Part shown: piece by piece, positions 37,441 to 51,900 of the stretch
How positions within the stretch are numbered: the stretch's first letter is position 1
Layout: the number at the start of each line of letters is the position of its first letter
From: Paraspadella gotoi
Lineage: Eukaryota > Animalia > Chaetognatha
Direction: 5' to 3'
NCBI GenBank assembly: GCA_051294375.1
Contig: CM119267.1
Coordinates: forward strand, 11,237,865 to 11,301,864
Length of the DNA: 64,000 nt
The notes under the pieces: model-generated
Told to the model about the DNA's origin: nothing
The model's database searches: none
What the model saw: the letters and a program-made list of their open reading frames with translations, nothing else
Translations under genes and position numbers: made by a program

Positions 37441-38715
37441 ATTTATTTTTCTTTGAAGTGTTTGCCGGGACTTTAGCTACAGCCAACTCCCTTCTGGAGA
37501 GCAGTATGGGGGCTAAGATCTTAGTCTCTCTCTTAAAGAGAAAAACAGACGGAAGCGTGATGCGTAAGGAAATGGCCGAAAAAAGACAGACGAAGACAGA
37601 AACAGAGAGGAGAAGAGAGAAGGAAAAAAAAAGAAGGAAAAAGAAAATGGGACTGGGAATTTGAATGTTCATTCGTCTCTCTCGGGATTCCATAGTGAAG
37701 GGAAAGGAGAAGGGAAATGACGAAGCGACTGGAGGATGTTAAGTTTTGTGTGTGAATGATTTAGTTTTTGTGTGTGTGAATGATTGATGAATCGATGTGG
37801 AATTTTTTTCCTCTTTTTTGAAAACAGTTTTGGGGTGTGTACAAATCGTTGAAACGCTCAAACGCTGGAAGTTCATGAATTATTAAATCACGAATAATAA
37901 ACCGATCAATGACGCAAATGTCGATCGATAACTTGAGGAAAATTCATTCAAAGTTTGTTAAGATTAGTTATTCAGTCTTGAGTTATCGATCATTGGGTTG
38001 AGATGGAAAGAAAGAAAACTTTTTTTTGAGAACCTGAAAAAAAAAATCTTGAGCAGAATTCGTCTCCTCTGGAAAATTCGATATCCCGTTTCCCTTCTCT
38101 GGCGCCTGCAGACACTTTTCGAGGGTTTGTTTATCCGAAAAACTGTAAAGGGGGAAAAATCCGGCTTTCACCCCCCCCTTCGGCCCTTCTCCTATTTAAG
38201 CAATTTCCCCTCCTCCTTTTGACAATATCTTCCTCAGTCTCCTTCTATACCACATCTCCCTTTCATAGCCCATCCTCGAATGGCCCGGGAAAATCCTCCG
38301 TCAAAACGAGGCTTCGAATTTGGATAAAAATCGATCAAACTCGTGGTTCCTCTTCAGTCTAGAGACAATTTTTAGGAGAGAGAGAGAGAGAGAGAGAAGA
38401 AGAGAGAGAGAGAAAAGAGAGAGAAAAGAAGAAGAAGAAAGAGAGAGAGAGAGAGAGAGAGGGAGAGCAGAAGAGAGGAGAAGAGGAGCGAGAGAGAGGA
38501 GAGAGAGAAGAGAGAGAAGAGACGAGANNNNNNNNNNNNNNNNNNNNNNNNNNNNNNNNNNNNNNNNNNNNNNNNNNNNNNNCTCTCTCTCTGCTTTTCG
38601 GTTTTTTAATTAGTACTACTATCTGGAGATAAATTCAGAGTACCCTATTTCTAAGTGCCTGATCTTTATCTTTAAGACTAAGGCTATCTTCATCTCTATC
38701 TATCTATGTTTTTAT

Positions 38716-38738
38716 CTTTCTTTCTTTCTCTCTTTCTC

Positions 38739-38814
<76 letters not shown>

Positions 38815-38815
38815 T
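38716..38815 (+). repeat. (TTTC)n microsatellite
   Basis: Direct observation. Confidence 0.9.
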
Positions 38816-39059
38816 TAGTTAGAATCTTATCTCTTTTTTCCCGTAAAAGAAATCGATAAACGGTCCGAAACAGTTAATCTTTTTTTTCGCTTCGTCTCTG
38901 TTGGGTCAGTTAAAGTAGGTTGTCCAATGTCCAGTCTCCAGCGATGGTAATCTCACGGGGGTAGTTATTAGCAGCATCATTATCATCATTACCACAAATC
39001 CTTACAAAGGAAGATGACCGCGAAAACGACGACCACTTGGGAGACGACGACGATGGCGT

Positions 39060-39062
<3 letters not shown>

Positions 39063-39140
<78 letters not shown>
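39063..39140 (+). repeat. (GA)n microsatellite
   Basis: Perfect GA run; one of many (AG/CT)n tracts in the window. Confidence 0.95.
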
Positions 39141-39142
<2 letters not shown>

Positions 39143-40003
39143 CAGTCAGAGAATGAGAAAGAGCGTTGTTGTTTTTTCATAAGAATCAAAACAGAGAAAA
39201 CTCGCAAAAAACTCTCACCATTCCAAAAACAGCTTTCGGCCAGAATGAGAGAGAGAGAAAAAAAATGTAGAGAGAATTCGGTTTTCCTACGAAGCGTGAA
39301 ACTCTTTTTTTCATCTTCTTTCTTCTAAATTCCTTTGCTTTTTTCTCTTTACTTTTTTTCTTTTGGTCTCCACGTTGTTGGCGTTTACGACATCGTCGTC
39401 TTTCGGAGCTGATCTCCCTTGGAACCTTAGTAGACAGTAATGCAATTATTGTTTTTTTTAGTTGAACAATGCAGCCGTTCAGTGTTCACTGTAAATCTAC
39501 GTCATGTTTGCATCCCACCATAAATTAGTTTTTTAAGGAGCTAAAATTTTAAATATGAGTTGAAACAACCTTACTAAAACTTGGATGTTGCGAAAAGTTT
39601 TCACTAAAGTAAGATCCCCAGTCTCCTGACTTCGCCCAGAGGATCATCCAGCGTCGTCGTGGTGTGGTTCTCTGAAGATCGTCTCGAGATGTGGAGACCC
39701 TTGTCGCTACTCTCAACTATGATTCTCAACTTTTGAAGAGGTTCTTCAAATTTTCCGCTTCGCGCGAATCCTTCGCTACGGGACAGTGAAACTCGATTGT
39801 GTGTGCGAATGTGTGTGTGCCTGTCTCTGTTTGAGTTTGTTTTTTTGTTAATGGAAACTATTTTAACACTTCTACTTTTTGTATATTGTATTGTATTGTA
39901 TTGAAAAAACGACGTATGTATTGTAGATATAACCGATACGTTGATAAAACTGATTGATATAACTGTGACGTTTGATTTGATTTTAATTGAATTTCTGAAA
40001 AAG

Positions 40004-40066
<63 letters not shown>

Positions 40067-41142
40067 CTCCCTCCCTCATCTCTGCTGAAGCCCCGAGAAC
40101 TAGATGAAGGGGCGGTCCCTTGGAAGACATCGAAAACTCGAGTCGAGTCGCGAATCTTGGGTCAGGTCGAGGGTGAGGCTTTGGTGTCCTCTTGACGACG
40201 ACAACGACGACGACGAGGCATGAGGCATCTCTATAGGACCTCAAGAGAGCAGGAGGGATTAATTGGAAAACGAGAAAAAATCGACTAGATCTTTCTCATC
40301 TTTGAAGTTGTCGTCCTCTTGATCGTCGACAGCATCGTAGTCGTCGGCCTCGGAACATCAAGGAACCGACAAAAGTCGGCATCTTTTTTGCGTTCATTCG
40401 AAAATCGTCGTCTTCATCGTCGTCGTCGTTCTCATCGTCGTCGTCTTCATCGTCGTCGACGCCGCCTTAATTCGCAAAGAATGAAACGTCGCGATTTTTT
40501 TTTCTTTTTAAATCGATTACGTTTTTCTCGTCGTCCACAAAAATCGAGGTTAAATTTTCTTTTCTTTATTTCGATTAAAAAAGAAAGAAAAAATTTGTTT
40601 TGTTCTTCATCCAAAAAAAAAGAACGTCGCCAAAAAATGGATGACGTCATCGTCATCGTCGTTGTCGTCGTCGTTTTCGTTGTCGTTATCGTCGTCGTTT
40701 GTCGTCGTCGGGGTTCATCCCAAATTTCCCATTGTCTTCCATCGTTGTCCATGAGCCAAATCGATTNNNNNNNNNNNNNNNNNNNNNNNNNNNNNNNNNN
40801 NNNNNNNNNNNNNNNNNNNNNNNNNNNNNNNNNNNNNNNNNNNNNNNNNNNNNNNNNNNNNNNNNNNNNNNNNNNNNNNNNNNNNNNNNNNNNNNNNNNN
40901 NNNNNNNNNNNNNNNCTTCCTCTTCCCCCTCCACCTCTTCCATTTTTTTGGTTTCAATTCTTGAGATTTCCTCGAGGTCTTGGCATTCCTTCGATCTTGG
41001 TGTCCTCAGACCTTTCCAGACCTTCCCCTCCTCCTCCTCTTCCTCCTCCTCCTCCTCCTCTTCGCTTTTTATTTCGTTGTCGTTTTCTCATTTTTTTTCG
41101 AATAGTTGTTTTTGTTTTGTTTGTTTCTGTTGTTTCTGCTGA

Positions 41143-41143
41143 T

Positions 41144-41223
<80 letters not shown>

Positions 41224-41250
41224 TTTTTCTTTCTTTCTTTCTTTCTTTTC
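41143..41250 (+). repeat. (TTTC)n microsatellite
   Basis: Direct observation. Confidence 0.9.
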
Positions 41251-41659
41251 TTCCCTTTTTACTTTTTTCCTTCAACAAAATCTTTAGCAATGTTTTCGGT
41301 CTCTCTTCATTCTTCATTCCTTCACTTTCTCTTTTTGTTTCTCATTTTTGAATCCTAATCTCGCCGCCACAAATCCCTATGGCGCTGCTGTCGTCAAGTC
41401 GCGAATCCGGTTGGCGAAAGGAGAAAGAGGAGGTGGAGGAAGAGGAGCAGNNNNNNNNNNNNNNNNNNNNNNNNNNNNNNNNNNNNNNNNNNNNNNNNNN
41501 NNNNNNNNNNNNNNNNNNNNNNNNNNNNNNNNNNNNNNNNNNNNNNNNNNNNNNNNNNNNNNNNNNNNNNNNNNNNNNNNNNNNNNNNNNNNNNNNNNNN
41601 NNNNNNNNNNNNNNNNNNNNNNNNNNNNNNNNNNNNNNNNNNNNNNNNNNNNNNNNNNN

Positions 41660-44230
41660 AGAGAGAGAGGAAATGAAAGAAAGTGAAATCACAAAAAGAG
41701 AGAAAAAAAAGGTGAAGTGGGTCACCGGAAATCAAGGAAGTCGACGCAATTGGGAAAATCGTTTTTCTGTCTTTTCGTCAAACACAGAAAACCAAAGTCT
41801 TTCGATTTGATAAATTTGTTCTTTTAGTTCATTGACAATTCTTTAAATTCCATATATATTTTTTTTATTTGTAAACTATTTTATTAATTATTTCAACAAC
41901 TGTCGTTCTGTTACGTGTTTTCGTCGGATTTAAAAATAAATTCATTGTTTTGTGCCAAAAAAATTCAGCGGAAGTTTTTTTAATCAAAAGAAAAACTTTG
42001 CGGTAAGAAAATCGTGTCACTGTCATTTTTTTTTCAAAAATGTCACTCGGTGAAAAAATACCGGCTCAGAGATTTTTCCTTTTCAACACAAAATTTAACC
42101 GCAACAAAAGTTTTCCGCAAGAGAAAACATACACAAAATTGAAAAAAAAGAGTTAAACGTAACTTCACAGAAAGAAAAAAAAACTGTTGTCTAGAAAAGA
42201 ATAGGGATACTAAATCATAATTTAATTAGATTTAGAATTTTATAATTAGGATACATATGCAAGTGAATATCAAAGAACTTTAGCTGGCGTCCCGAGCAGG
42301 CGAGCCCGCATTCTTGCCGTGCAAACTGAGTGATCTCAATCAATCGCCTTATTTTCCGCCCATATCGCGTGCCTATTTCATCCTAAATTCGGCAATTTAG
42401 GTTAATTTTTTAATTTTAATAGAAATTGGGTTAAAGAAATAAGGTTAAAGAGATTAGGTAAGCCCCAGGTTCGGCGAGGTGAGAGAGGAGGGATGAGTGT
42501 GGAACAGGATTAAGGTTGACGACGAAGGAGTTAATGAATCCAAAGGTTAGGCAGTGGATTTAGGTATTACAGTGCTTAAATTAGGTTAAAAATTTAGAAG
42601 TGTGAGAATATCTAGGCGTAAGCCCTTGTTAGGTTAAGGATTAGGTAAAGGTTCTAGAGTAAGGCCGACAAGGTTTAAGTGGATCAAGGAGTGAAGGGTT
42701 CCTAGGTATCAGCCCTTAAATTAGGGGTTAAAAATTAGGTTAAATATAGGACGGTACATTGTTTAGGTTAAGGGATAGGTAAAGGTTTAAGGTTAGGCGA
42801 CACAGGTTAATACCGAATCAATGGTTTAGGGGGTTTAGTGATTACGTAGAAGATTAGGTTTACAAAATTACGTTCCCTGCTATATAGATTGCCCCAGGTT
42901 GCTATATCATGTTTAGGTTAAGAATTAGTAATCTAAGGTTTAAGGTTAAGCGGGACATGGGTTAACCTGGATCAGGTTCACCAGTGTTTTTGTTTGTTTT
43001 AGAGAATTATTAGCACATTTGATATTCCTTCATCAATGAGAGAGTATTGGATCAACACCGGATAACTTCAGGGCATGCGATGGGACATTGAGAGGGTTGA
43101 GGGACGTAATAGAGTATAGGATGAAAGGAATGAATAGAGAGTTGTTGTAAAAATCAGAGTTAGTGGGGGTTATAGGGTATGTATCGAAGGTCAGAGAAGA
43201 GAGAGTAGAGATGAGAAGAAGAGAGAGAGAAGTAATAAGGTAGTAAATTTTGAAGAGAGAATAGTAGAGAGACTACATAAATTTGTATAAATTCAGATAA
43301 AAAGTGAAATCAAAATTAGAGAAATAAAAGGTGAAGTGGTCACCGGAAATTCAAGATTAGAGGACAGAAACGAGTCGAGAAGCGTTTTTTGAAAAGAGAG
43401 CGCGCACAAATCTATTGGGTCAAAAAAGTCGTCTTGAAGTATTTGATATCTGGCATCTTAACTCTTTTTTATCTGCTCTAAAACGACTAGCAGAAAAACC
43501 AATAAGTCTGAATTAAAGAAAGTCTGAAATAAAAAGGATATTAATTAGAAATAAATAAAAGAAAAATATTTATAAGAGATATGTTTATTAAGTAATCAGA
43601 TTAAAAAACGGGCATATTGGTACAAAAGTGTGGTGCACAAGCAATGTACGAAAATCACAATGTGTGGGCGAATCGTGTAGTTAAGAGTTTGAATGACTAG
43701 GAATGTGGGTGAATATAGTGAACGAAATATATGGGGTCTGTGATGCTGGGACCGCCTAATATGAGTAAGATAGTTCCGACAGAAAAATCTTTCCTTTTGA
43801 CTTTACAGCCCTAGCGTGAAGTACGTAAGGCGTTTTATCCGTGATTTCTACGTAATTCCTGTATTTTATTAATTATTTCTACTCACAAACAAACTGAGGA
43901 CCGAACTAATCAAACGTTGAAAGGTTCCTTCGATATCTAACAAATGTTCGCCAATATACGTGTTTTCGTCGAATTTATAAAAATATAAATAATCATTTGT
44001 TTTTGTGCCGCCAATAAAATTCAGGCGGAAGTTTTTGTTAATCAAAAAAAGAAAACTTCTTTGTCGGTAAGAAACATCGTGTCAACTGCATTTCTATTTG
44101 TTCTCTTCTAAAAATTCACTCGGGTGATAAAAATAATTAAACATTTTCCTTGAAATTCTTGGCTCAGAGATTTTCCTTTTCAAGCAACAAAATCTGAATT
44201 TTTACAAACGCAACAAAAAAGTTTTCCCGT
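41660..44230 (+). repeat. Direct duplication: 41660-42130 recurs at ~43290-44230 with many insertions
   Basis: Shared anchors aaagtgaaatca...ggtgaagtgg(g)tcaccggaaat and acgtgttttcgtc...cggaagtttt...cggtaagaaa...ggctcagagattttcc. The second copy is insertion-rich. Confidence 0.75.
42395..42980 (+). repeat. Degenerate TTAGG-rich tandem repeat, ~135-150 bp period
   Basis: ttaggttaagg(a/g)ttaggtaaaggtt...ggcgaca...gatca recurs at ~42629, ~42763 and ~42913. Confidence 0.7.
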
Positions 44231-45952
44231 TTTTCTTTTCCTTTTTATTTCTTTTCTTCCCTATATTTTTTCTTCTCCTGGCAAGGAGAAGAAACATACG
44301 GACTAATCTAATCAACACGAAGTTTCCAGAAGAAAACGTCAGCCAATATAATAAAAGTCTTTATATGAACACGAAACTTATTTCTTGAGAAACTCAGTAA
44401 ATACGGCTCACGAGTTTCTTATCGCGTATGCGCGATTGACAACAGTTTTTGGTTTTTAGTTTTTTTCAAAGCGAAACATAAACTACAGAGATCAGAATAA
44501 AATCTCTTCTGTAAATTGAGGACGGGAAGACGAACTGGCCGCGAAAATAAGATCAATATAAATGAAATGGGGACCTAAGCGAGGCCCCAAGACAATATCA
44601 TTTAACACTGTTCGGTGAATAGCAAATATTGGTGAAAGTAATATGCCTCATGTCGTGTGAAGACTGGAGTGTGAGGGGGAAAATGATGATCTCCCTCACA
44701 CTACTTATCTCTGCTTCTCCTCCGTTTCACATCGGATGCTCTCTTTCTTCTGCGTCGTGATGATAGAGAAAAAATGGACGGAGATTAGTTGGTGAGTCTA
44801 TTTGTACTCGTATTGGGTCACTTGGATGACGAAAGCTCACGGAACGAAATAATCTAATACGACGACGAATGAACGAACAACAGATCGAGATGAAGATCGC
44901 ATCTCGTCTAAAAGGGAGGATGTATGATGACAACCGACGACGATGTAATGACAAACAGATGCATTGTCATTCGATAGCATCGATAGGAAAAGGATAGATG
45001 ATGTTCGAGCGATGACGCTCACGAAGATGATGACAACCAGCCTCGGAGGAGGAGGAGCGGATGAAGACGATAAATTGAAAAGGTCGAAGATATCATACTT
45101 CAGATATGATTGTACGGGACTACGTTCTTCAATCGCTGAAGAGCGTACCGAAATGGTTCCCTCACTTCCTCTCTTTCTTCTGGCCTTTTACCAAACACTC
45201 CTCCTCTCACCCAAATTCAAAGTTCTTGGCTAATTTTCTTTTTTAATCTGTCTCTCCGCATCTACTCTGTTGATCCTCTTCAAAGGAGATCTCACTATGG
45301 TCATCTCTCTCAGGCTACAAATCCTCTCTCATCGAAGACTGAATTTACTCGGTCTATCCTTGATTTCACAGAAGTCCAAAACGAAAAGTACATTACATAG
45401 CAAAAAGTCCAAAAGAAAAGAATAGAAAAGAAGAAAGAAAAGAAAAGAAAAAGAAAGTAAAAGAAAAGAAAAAGTAAAAAGAAATTCAGTAAAAGAAAAG
45501 AATCACAAAATACCATAGAAAAGAAAAGAGAACCTCCCCTCTCTCCTCTCCTCTCGCCTTGACCATCCTTTCTTTCCCCCCTCTCTCTACAATGGGTAAA
45601 CGAAGGCAGTCAAAGACTAGAAGCAGCTCCTGCCGCCGGAAAAACGGACAACGCGCCCAACTGGATCCGAGCAAAACGAGAACGCGCTCCGCTCTGCGAT
45701 GACCTACGATGAACCGCGCCCGAGATCGAGTCCTCCGCCGGAAGCGTCCGTTGGGTGTCACATGCCTCCCCCTCTTAACTGAACTCTCCACGCCCCCCCT
45801 TACCACATACTTAATTGCCTCTTCTTTTCTTTCAACTTGCGCAACAGAAGAACCCAATGCCCGTGCGCTAGGATAGCGGAAAGACCGTCAGCAAGTAATT
45901 TATTGACGGCGATCCACGTCNNNNNNNNNNNNNNNNNNNNNNNNNCACCACA

Positions 45953-45984
<32 letters not shown>

Positions 45985-48900
45985 CTCTCTTCTCCTCTCT
46001 CCTCTCTCCTCTCTCTCTCCCTTCTCTCTCTTTTTCTTATCTCCTCTTCTCTCTCTCTCCTTTCTTCTGGCTTTAGGTATACGTCTTTCTGTCCGTGACA
46101 AAGTCCGGCGTGTATACAAAGCACTGCACAAGCCCTAAATAAATTCTTCAATGTTCATTGGCTTTTATTACCTCTCCCCTTATTGATATTATACAATACA
46201 ATCTACTTAATCTTGTGCCGTGACTACTTATCATTCTCTTATAATATCGACTTCCCTGCCTCTCTCTCCTTTACTCTTCCAATAAGCTAAAGACATCCTC
46301 TACTCCTCTTGAGCATCTGCGTCTTCCTTCCACATTCTCTTACGTCGAACATCACAAATGCACATTCCCACAATAATTACTTCAATATAATAGCTTTTAA
46401 TCAAAGTTTACTTTGCTCCTTGTCTTTACATTTCTTTCTCTCTTCCGTTCCTCTAACTTGTCAGACATTTCAATTCACTTCCTTCTTTCTTCTCTCTTTA
46501 CTTACTAATGCGGCGGATTCTTTCCTGCTTCTCTATGGCGCTAACGGAGCTCGTACGTCTCTTTTTTCACGTCACTCTTCTCGGAGAAATGGTTTTCCAC
46601 TTAGTTATATCACAAGGCATCGCCACGTGCTCAATTTCCATGTTGCCCTCTCCAAACTTCTCGTCTCCCCCCTTGGTTTTTCCGTCCTCCGCTGCGGCAA
46701 TCGTCCGCGGAACTTGCTTCTCCTCTTACCCTGCGGTTACATCCGATCGCGCTTTTCGTTTCCCTGTGGTGTTGTGTTTTAAGGTGCTGTTTTTTTTTTC
46801 GCCCGCGCCTTGCAGCGTTCTCTGCGACCTGCATCGTAGACCCGTACCCGCGAGGGTCGGTGCTTTTCGAAGGAGGAATTTTTTAAGAACGGCAGGCCCT
46901 CCGTCTCGTGTCTATAAATTGACGCTCCGTCAGGGCGCTTGCTCTTCTCCTCGCTCTGGGATTCTGTCGCGATGGGAACCTGCTGCGAAAATCCTCGTTG
47001 CAAGTGCGAACTCTTTGCCCCAACCCACGCTGAGTCTGTGCGAAATCGCCCGGACGTGATCGTTGCCGCGTCCAAATCGCTCGCACCCTCCTCGGAGCTC
47101 GGGGAGCTCCGTTTGTTATAGCGACGACTAGCCCGTATCCGCGGCCATCCGATCCTCTCTCCCCGTGGCAGTAACTCTTCTCCTACTCTTCCACCCCCCC
47201 TCCACTCTTAATTAGGCCCTCTTCTTCTTTTCACACGGCGTGAACTTATTCTTGACATCGAAAAAAGACAAACACCACACAATAAGAGCTCGTCGCATAG
47301 GGGATACGAAACAAACTCAACCCCGGCGCAAATTGAAAGTAATTAATAATGAATCCAACTGCGAGACGATCACTAGTTTACATCGCATGAACTTGGAATC
47401 ATGGTCATATCTATTACGTTTTCGATGATTTGAAAAATTATAAATATATAGTGAGTACAGTCTCCTACACCAGAGTCGTCTCTTGTGCTTTAAAGATGAT
47501 TTAGGGCGGTCAAGACACGGGCCACTACATCTCGGACCGCTTTCTGGCAAAGCCAATTCCACTATAGTGAAGGAGAAGGGAAGGGGAGGAGGAAGAGGAA
47601 GAAAGAAGAAGAGCCGACGACAGGGAGACTCGGTGAGGACAAGGAGAATTGGATCGCTGGGCCCCCTGCGGAAAAAAAAAAACCCGGACCCGTCGAAGAT
47701 GCTGTCCCGAGGGATCATCAAAGGTCAGGGAATAGGAATTGTGTTTCGGTCAGGTCGAGCGAAGGGGAAAAAAAAAATTCTGTTTTCGTCCTCTTATTTG
47801 TTGGCGGTTCCGATGAGATTTTGGGAAGGATTTCTTTTAATTTTTCGGTATGTGGTAGTATTTTACTTGTCTCGTTTAATCAATAGATATTTTAACATGT
47901 CAAACTTTGCAAAAGAGTATTTTTACAATATTATTAATGTAAATAACGAATATGAGGGTATATTTAAAAGTTTTTAAATTTCTCTTATTTTTTCAATAAT
48001 TGAAATTAAGAACAAACAATTAATTTTTTTTATGATCAAATTTAACAGTAATATATATCATCTCCTCTAAAGTATTAAACACCAATACTAAATACCACAC
48101 CAACATTATCGAACCTTCCAGTACGGTCTCTGAAGTCTCTACCCCTCTTCGCTCTCTTCCCCTCGTAATATATTTAAACCAACAATCGAGATTTTAACAA
48201 TCGCAGCGCCCGTGTATGAAAAATAAGTGTGAACTAATGTTACAAAAAAAAAGATTGATTCCGGAAGAGCTGGGCGAAAATTTTTGCGTGGGAAGTCGCC
48301 CGCCAGCCCGGTCTCCTTTCGGGTGAACCACCGGTTTATTGTATCTCTAGTCAAGAGTCAGGACAATTCTGTACGAACTTCACCTTGAGACCTACTATGA
48401 CCTTTGTCTGAACAAACGAAACTATCCTCCGACGCCTGCGGGCGACGCTCTCTTCAGATGGTGTGGACGGTACTTATCGCCTCACACAGGGGATGTGCCA
48501 CCGATTTATTTTTTCAGCTTTTTAGATCCTTTTTCCTCTTTGATTTTTTATTGCACGTTTTATTAAAACCTCCTCCCTTTTCGCCGCGGTTACGCTTTAC
48601 TCCGTGGTATCTGTACCTAATCGGATCAATTCCCATCCAATAAATCGATTTTTTCGTCCCCTGTCTTGTAACATAAAACCGGACAGTGCTAATTTATACT
48701 CTATTCTAGGAAGATCCAAAGTGACTCTTTCTTTTTTTTTCTCCACATTTATTTTCCTCAAATTTTTTTACGGTGTTATATAATTGTTTTCTCTCGGCGT
48801 CTTCTCCAAAGGTTTCTTATAAGAGTGACGAGAGAACTGTCTTTCCTTGAATCTCCGATTGTTCCTCGGCAGTCCAAAAAGGAAAACTTAGGAATAAATC

Positions 48901-51900
48901 ATCAAATACATCACTAGCACGACAAACCTGGAAGAAAAAAAAAACAGTAATTCGGTTTGTATTTCGAGAATAAGATTAGTTTCAATAAATTTATCTCTAT
49001 TAAAAATTATGAATATATTATAAGTCCAAACAAAACCACATGAACAAGAAATTGATGAAGCACTGAGTTGATCCGCCGCGAAATAAAACCAGGCCATATC
49101 CTCCGGGCTTTTTTTTTTTCCTTAAAGACGAGGAGAAGTCCCCGCTTTCTGTCGATTTATTTGAGTAGCAATAAAAATTTACAAGCCACTCGAAACCCGT
49201 CTCTTTACGGTGTTCGGTGGACCACTACGGCTCGCTTATTGCATTTAAAGAAATATTTTTTTTTAGTTTATGATACTATATATGTGAATTACTTTCATTT
49301 TTCTCGTCTGATAGTTGCGTCGCTAAGGTAAAATTCCGTATGATAGTTTTGATGTGGCTAGAATAAAAGAAATCAAAAATATGCAAAAAAAGAGAAACTA
49401 AAATGATATCTTTTTTACCAAGAAAAAAACCAAAAATTTAAAAAAAAAAAACCAAACAGATGATATCATCTAAATATAAATGGTTATACTTAAATATCTC
49501 GAGGAGTATATATACAACAAAAACACGGAACAATTATTAAACGAATAAACAACGAGAACATGATATTATATAGAATAAAATCTGCGCAGTTCGTCAAGGA
49601 GTATAACTAATTTCTCTTGTCTTATTTTGATAATATTATAAGCGATGTATCGTGGGATCTGTTTGGTGAATCACTTCTAAAAATTTTCAAGTCAAGTCGT
49701 CATTCTAGTCCTATTTCGTCATGTCGCCTCAGATAACTCGATGACCTATGACACTATTTAGAAACTAAAGGGTCGTATACCTCACGATCACGTCACGCAT
49801 GAACCTATCACGTGACTTGGAACGTCACGTTTCGGTGAAAAAAATATTAGGCGTGCAATATTTAGGACGGCCATCGGCGTCAAAGATCTCCGAGATCATC
49901 AAAGTCAAATGTAGGGATTTCCCCGTTAAATTTATTTCAAACTTGCAAATATCATATTTATTATACGTATATTTAAGTAACTCTATGAATTCGAGTCATT
50001 AAATTTTATTTAGTATTATTTTCACCATACAGTACCGTCACTTCGTAATATATTAAAACAAAACCAAACCTATGATTTAACTAATGTAGGAACAGTTTTC
50101 CGGTGTAAACCAACGTATTAATAATCAAAATAACAATCCGTGAAATTTTACTCTTAACTTTGTTAACAACAAAATTCTAATCGTACTAAGGAGACCATTT
50201 TTTGTTCCTTTTTATTTTTTTTATTAAAACCTCCTCCATTTTCGCCCGGAGGCCACGGATCAAATTCCATCCCAATAAATTCGATTTTTCTCCCCCTCAG
50301 CGAATCCAAATCTTTTTTTTTCAATTTTTTTTTCCAATTTTTTTTCCAAATTTTTTTTCCCGGGTCCAGTTTATTTAGCTGCTTTTTTCCCCCCGGTTAG
50401 AATAAACAAATACACACCCCTGGCGTGTTGTTCGAGATAGTTCAAAATTCAATAGAACAACTGAAGAGGGGAAAAAATTTAAAAAAAAAGAACAACGCGG
50501 GGACAAACGGAAAAGAAAACTTAACTTTGCGAACTTTCATTTTTTCTCGTTTGTTCGTCGCGAGTAAATGAATGAAAGAAAAAGAGCAAAAAAAAAAAAA
50601 GAAAAAAAGAAAAAAAAGAACAAACACAATTTAAAAATAAAAGATTTTTTGTTCTCCATCGTCGTTATTTGTCTTATTTTAATTAAGCGAAGCTTGGAAT
50701 ATTTTCAAGTCAGTCTGTCTTTCGCTCATTTAAAAAAGAAATTTGAAGAATTGATGCTATGCGGGATTCGTAAAGTTTGGAGACTCGAAACTGACTCGAA
50801 ACTACAAGCAGTCATACAATCAATCAAGCAATTTAATCAAAGTCTGACTATCGGTTAATGACAATGACTCGGTAATCAGAAAAAGAGAGTTTGAGACGAA
50901 AAAAGACGATTTCTGCGATCCTTGATGTCTGACCCAAAACTGACCATTTTCTTCTCATTGTTAATCTTGGGCCATCTGAAGTCCCGCAAAGGCAATCGAC
51001 TCTCTCTCTCTCTCTTTCCCGGCCTTCCCGCCTTTCGCTTCACCCTTGACTTGTTTTTCCTTCCCTCTTCCTCCTCCTATTCGACTACTTTAACACGCTT
51101 GCGTTTTCACGCTTTCTTTACTCTTCGATTCCTCACCTTTTCCTCCTGACTTCGACACTTTACCCTCCTCTTCACTCAAACCTCCTTTTTTATTTTCGCT
51201 TTCCATCACCCCAGCAATTAGATTTTTTTCTCACACTCTCAAACCCTCGCAACCATTCGGCCGGTCATTTCCCATCTTTAAACTTACCTCTACACGCTTC
51301 TCCGATCCTCTAATCCCCTTCATATAAACCTGCGGCCTAAATCTCTTTACTCGGCCTTTCACCGATACCCTGATGCCTTTTTTTCTCCTTATATCCATAA
51401 ACTCCAATGACCTTCCTCGTCTCCCCACTCCTTTCCCTTAATCCTCCCCCCCCCCCCCCCAAACCAAACCGACCCCTCCACTTCACTTCTTCTCCCTCGC
51501 GTACCTCCTTTTTCTCCCTCTCGTTCGTACCCCACCTCTCCCCGCTCCTGCTCCATGACGAGCCGCGACCCTCCCGCAACATTTTCGACCTCCAAAAAAA
51601 AAAAACTCTTTTATTCGTATTCATTTTTTTATTATTTCTATATTTTTTGCGGATATCGATCGGAGTGCACGTGAAAAGTCACGTGGACCCGAATATGACG
51701 GAATATCACGCAGAGGGTTTCTTAAAAAGGGACGATCAGTCAGACCAACGAAAGGCGCCTCCCTCTCTGGCGCCAAACAATTATCGTCTTTGTTTTCGAA
51801 CTGACGACGACGACGACGACGACTGGACGACGGAACCGATCGGACGGCGAACGGATCTGTTTTTAAAAAAATATCACTCCGGTCCATATCGATGTTTAGG

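Noticed and set aside
40240-41070. Acidic Asp/Glu-rich protein on the minus strand
   Set aside because: Frames are short, driven by GAC/GAG repeats and interrupted by a gap; cannot be distinguished from UTR-like repeat sequence.
41660-44230. Biological tandem duplication
   Set aside because: The second copy differs almost entirely by scattered insertions, typical of an uncorrected long read.
45136-45165. Minimal hammerhead (CTGAAGA-gcgtacc-GAAA)
   Set aside because: Stem III and the NUH cleavage site do not pair properly, and the region is low-quality sequence.
46620-47130. GC-rich exon
   Set aside because: No recognisable motif, consistent frame or convincing splice pair, and it lies in noisy sequence beside a 25-N gap.
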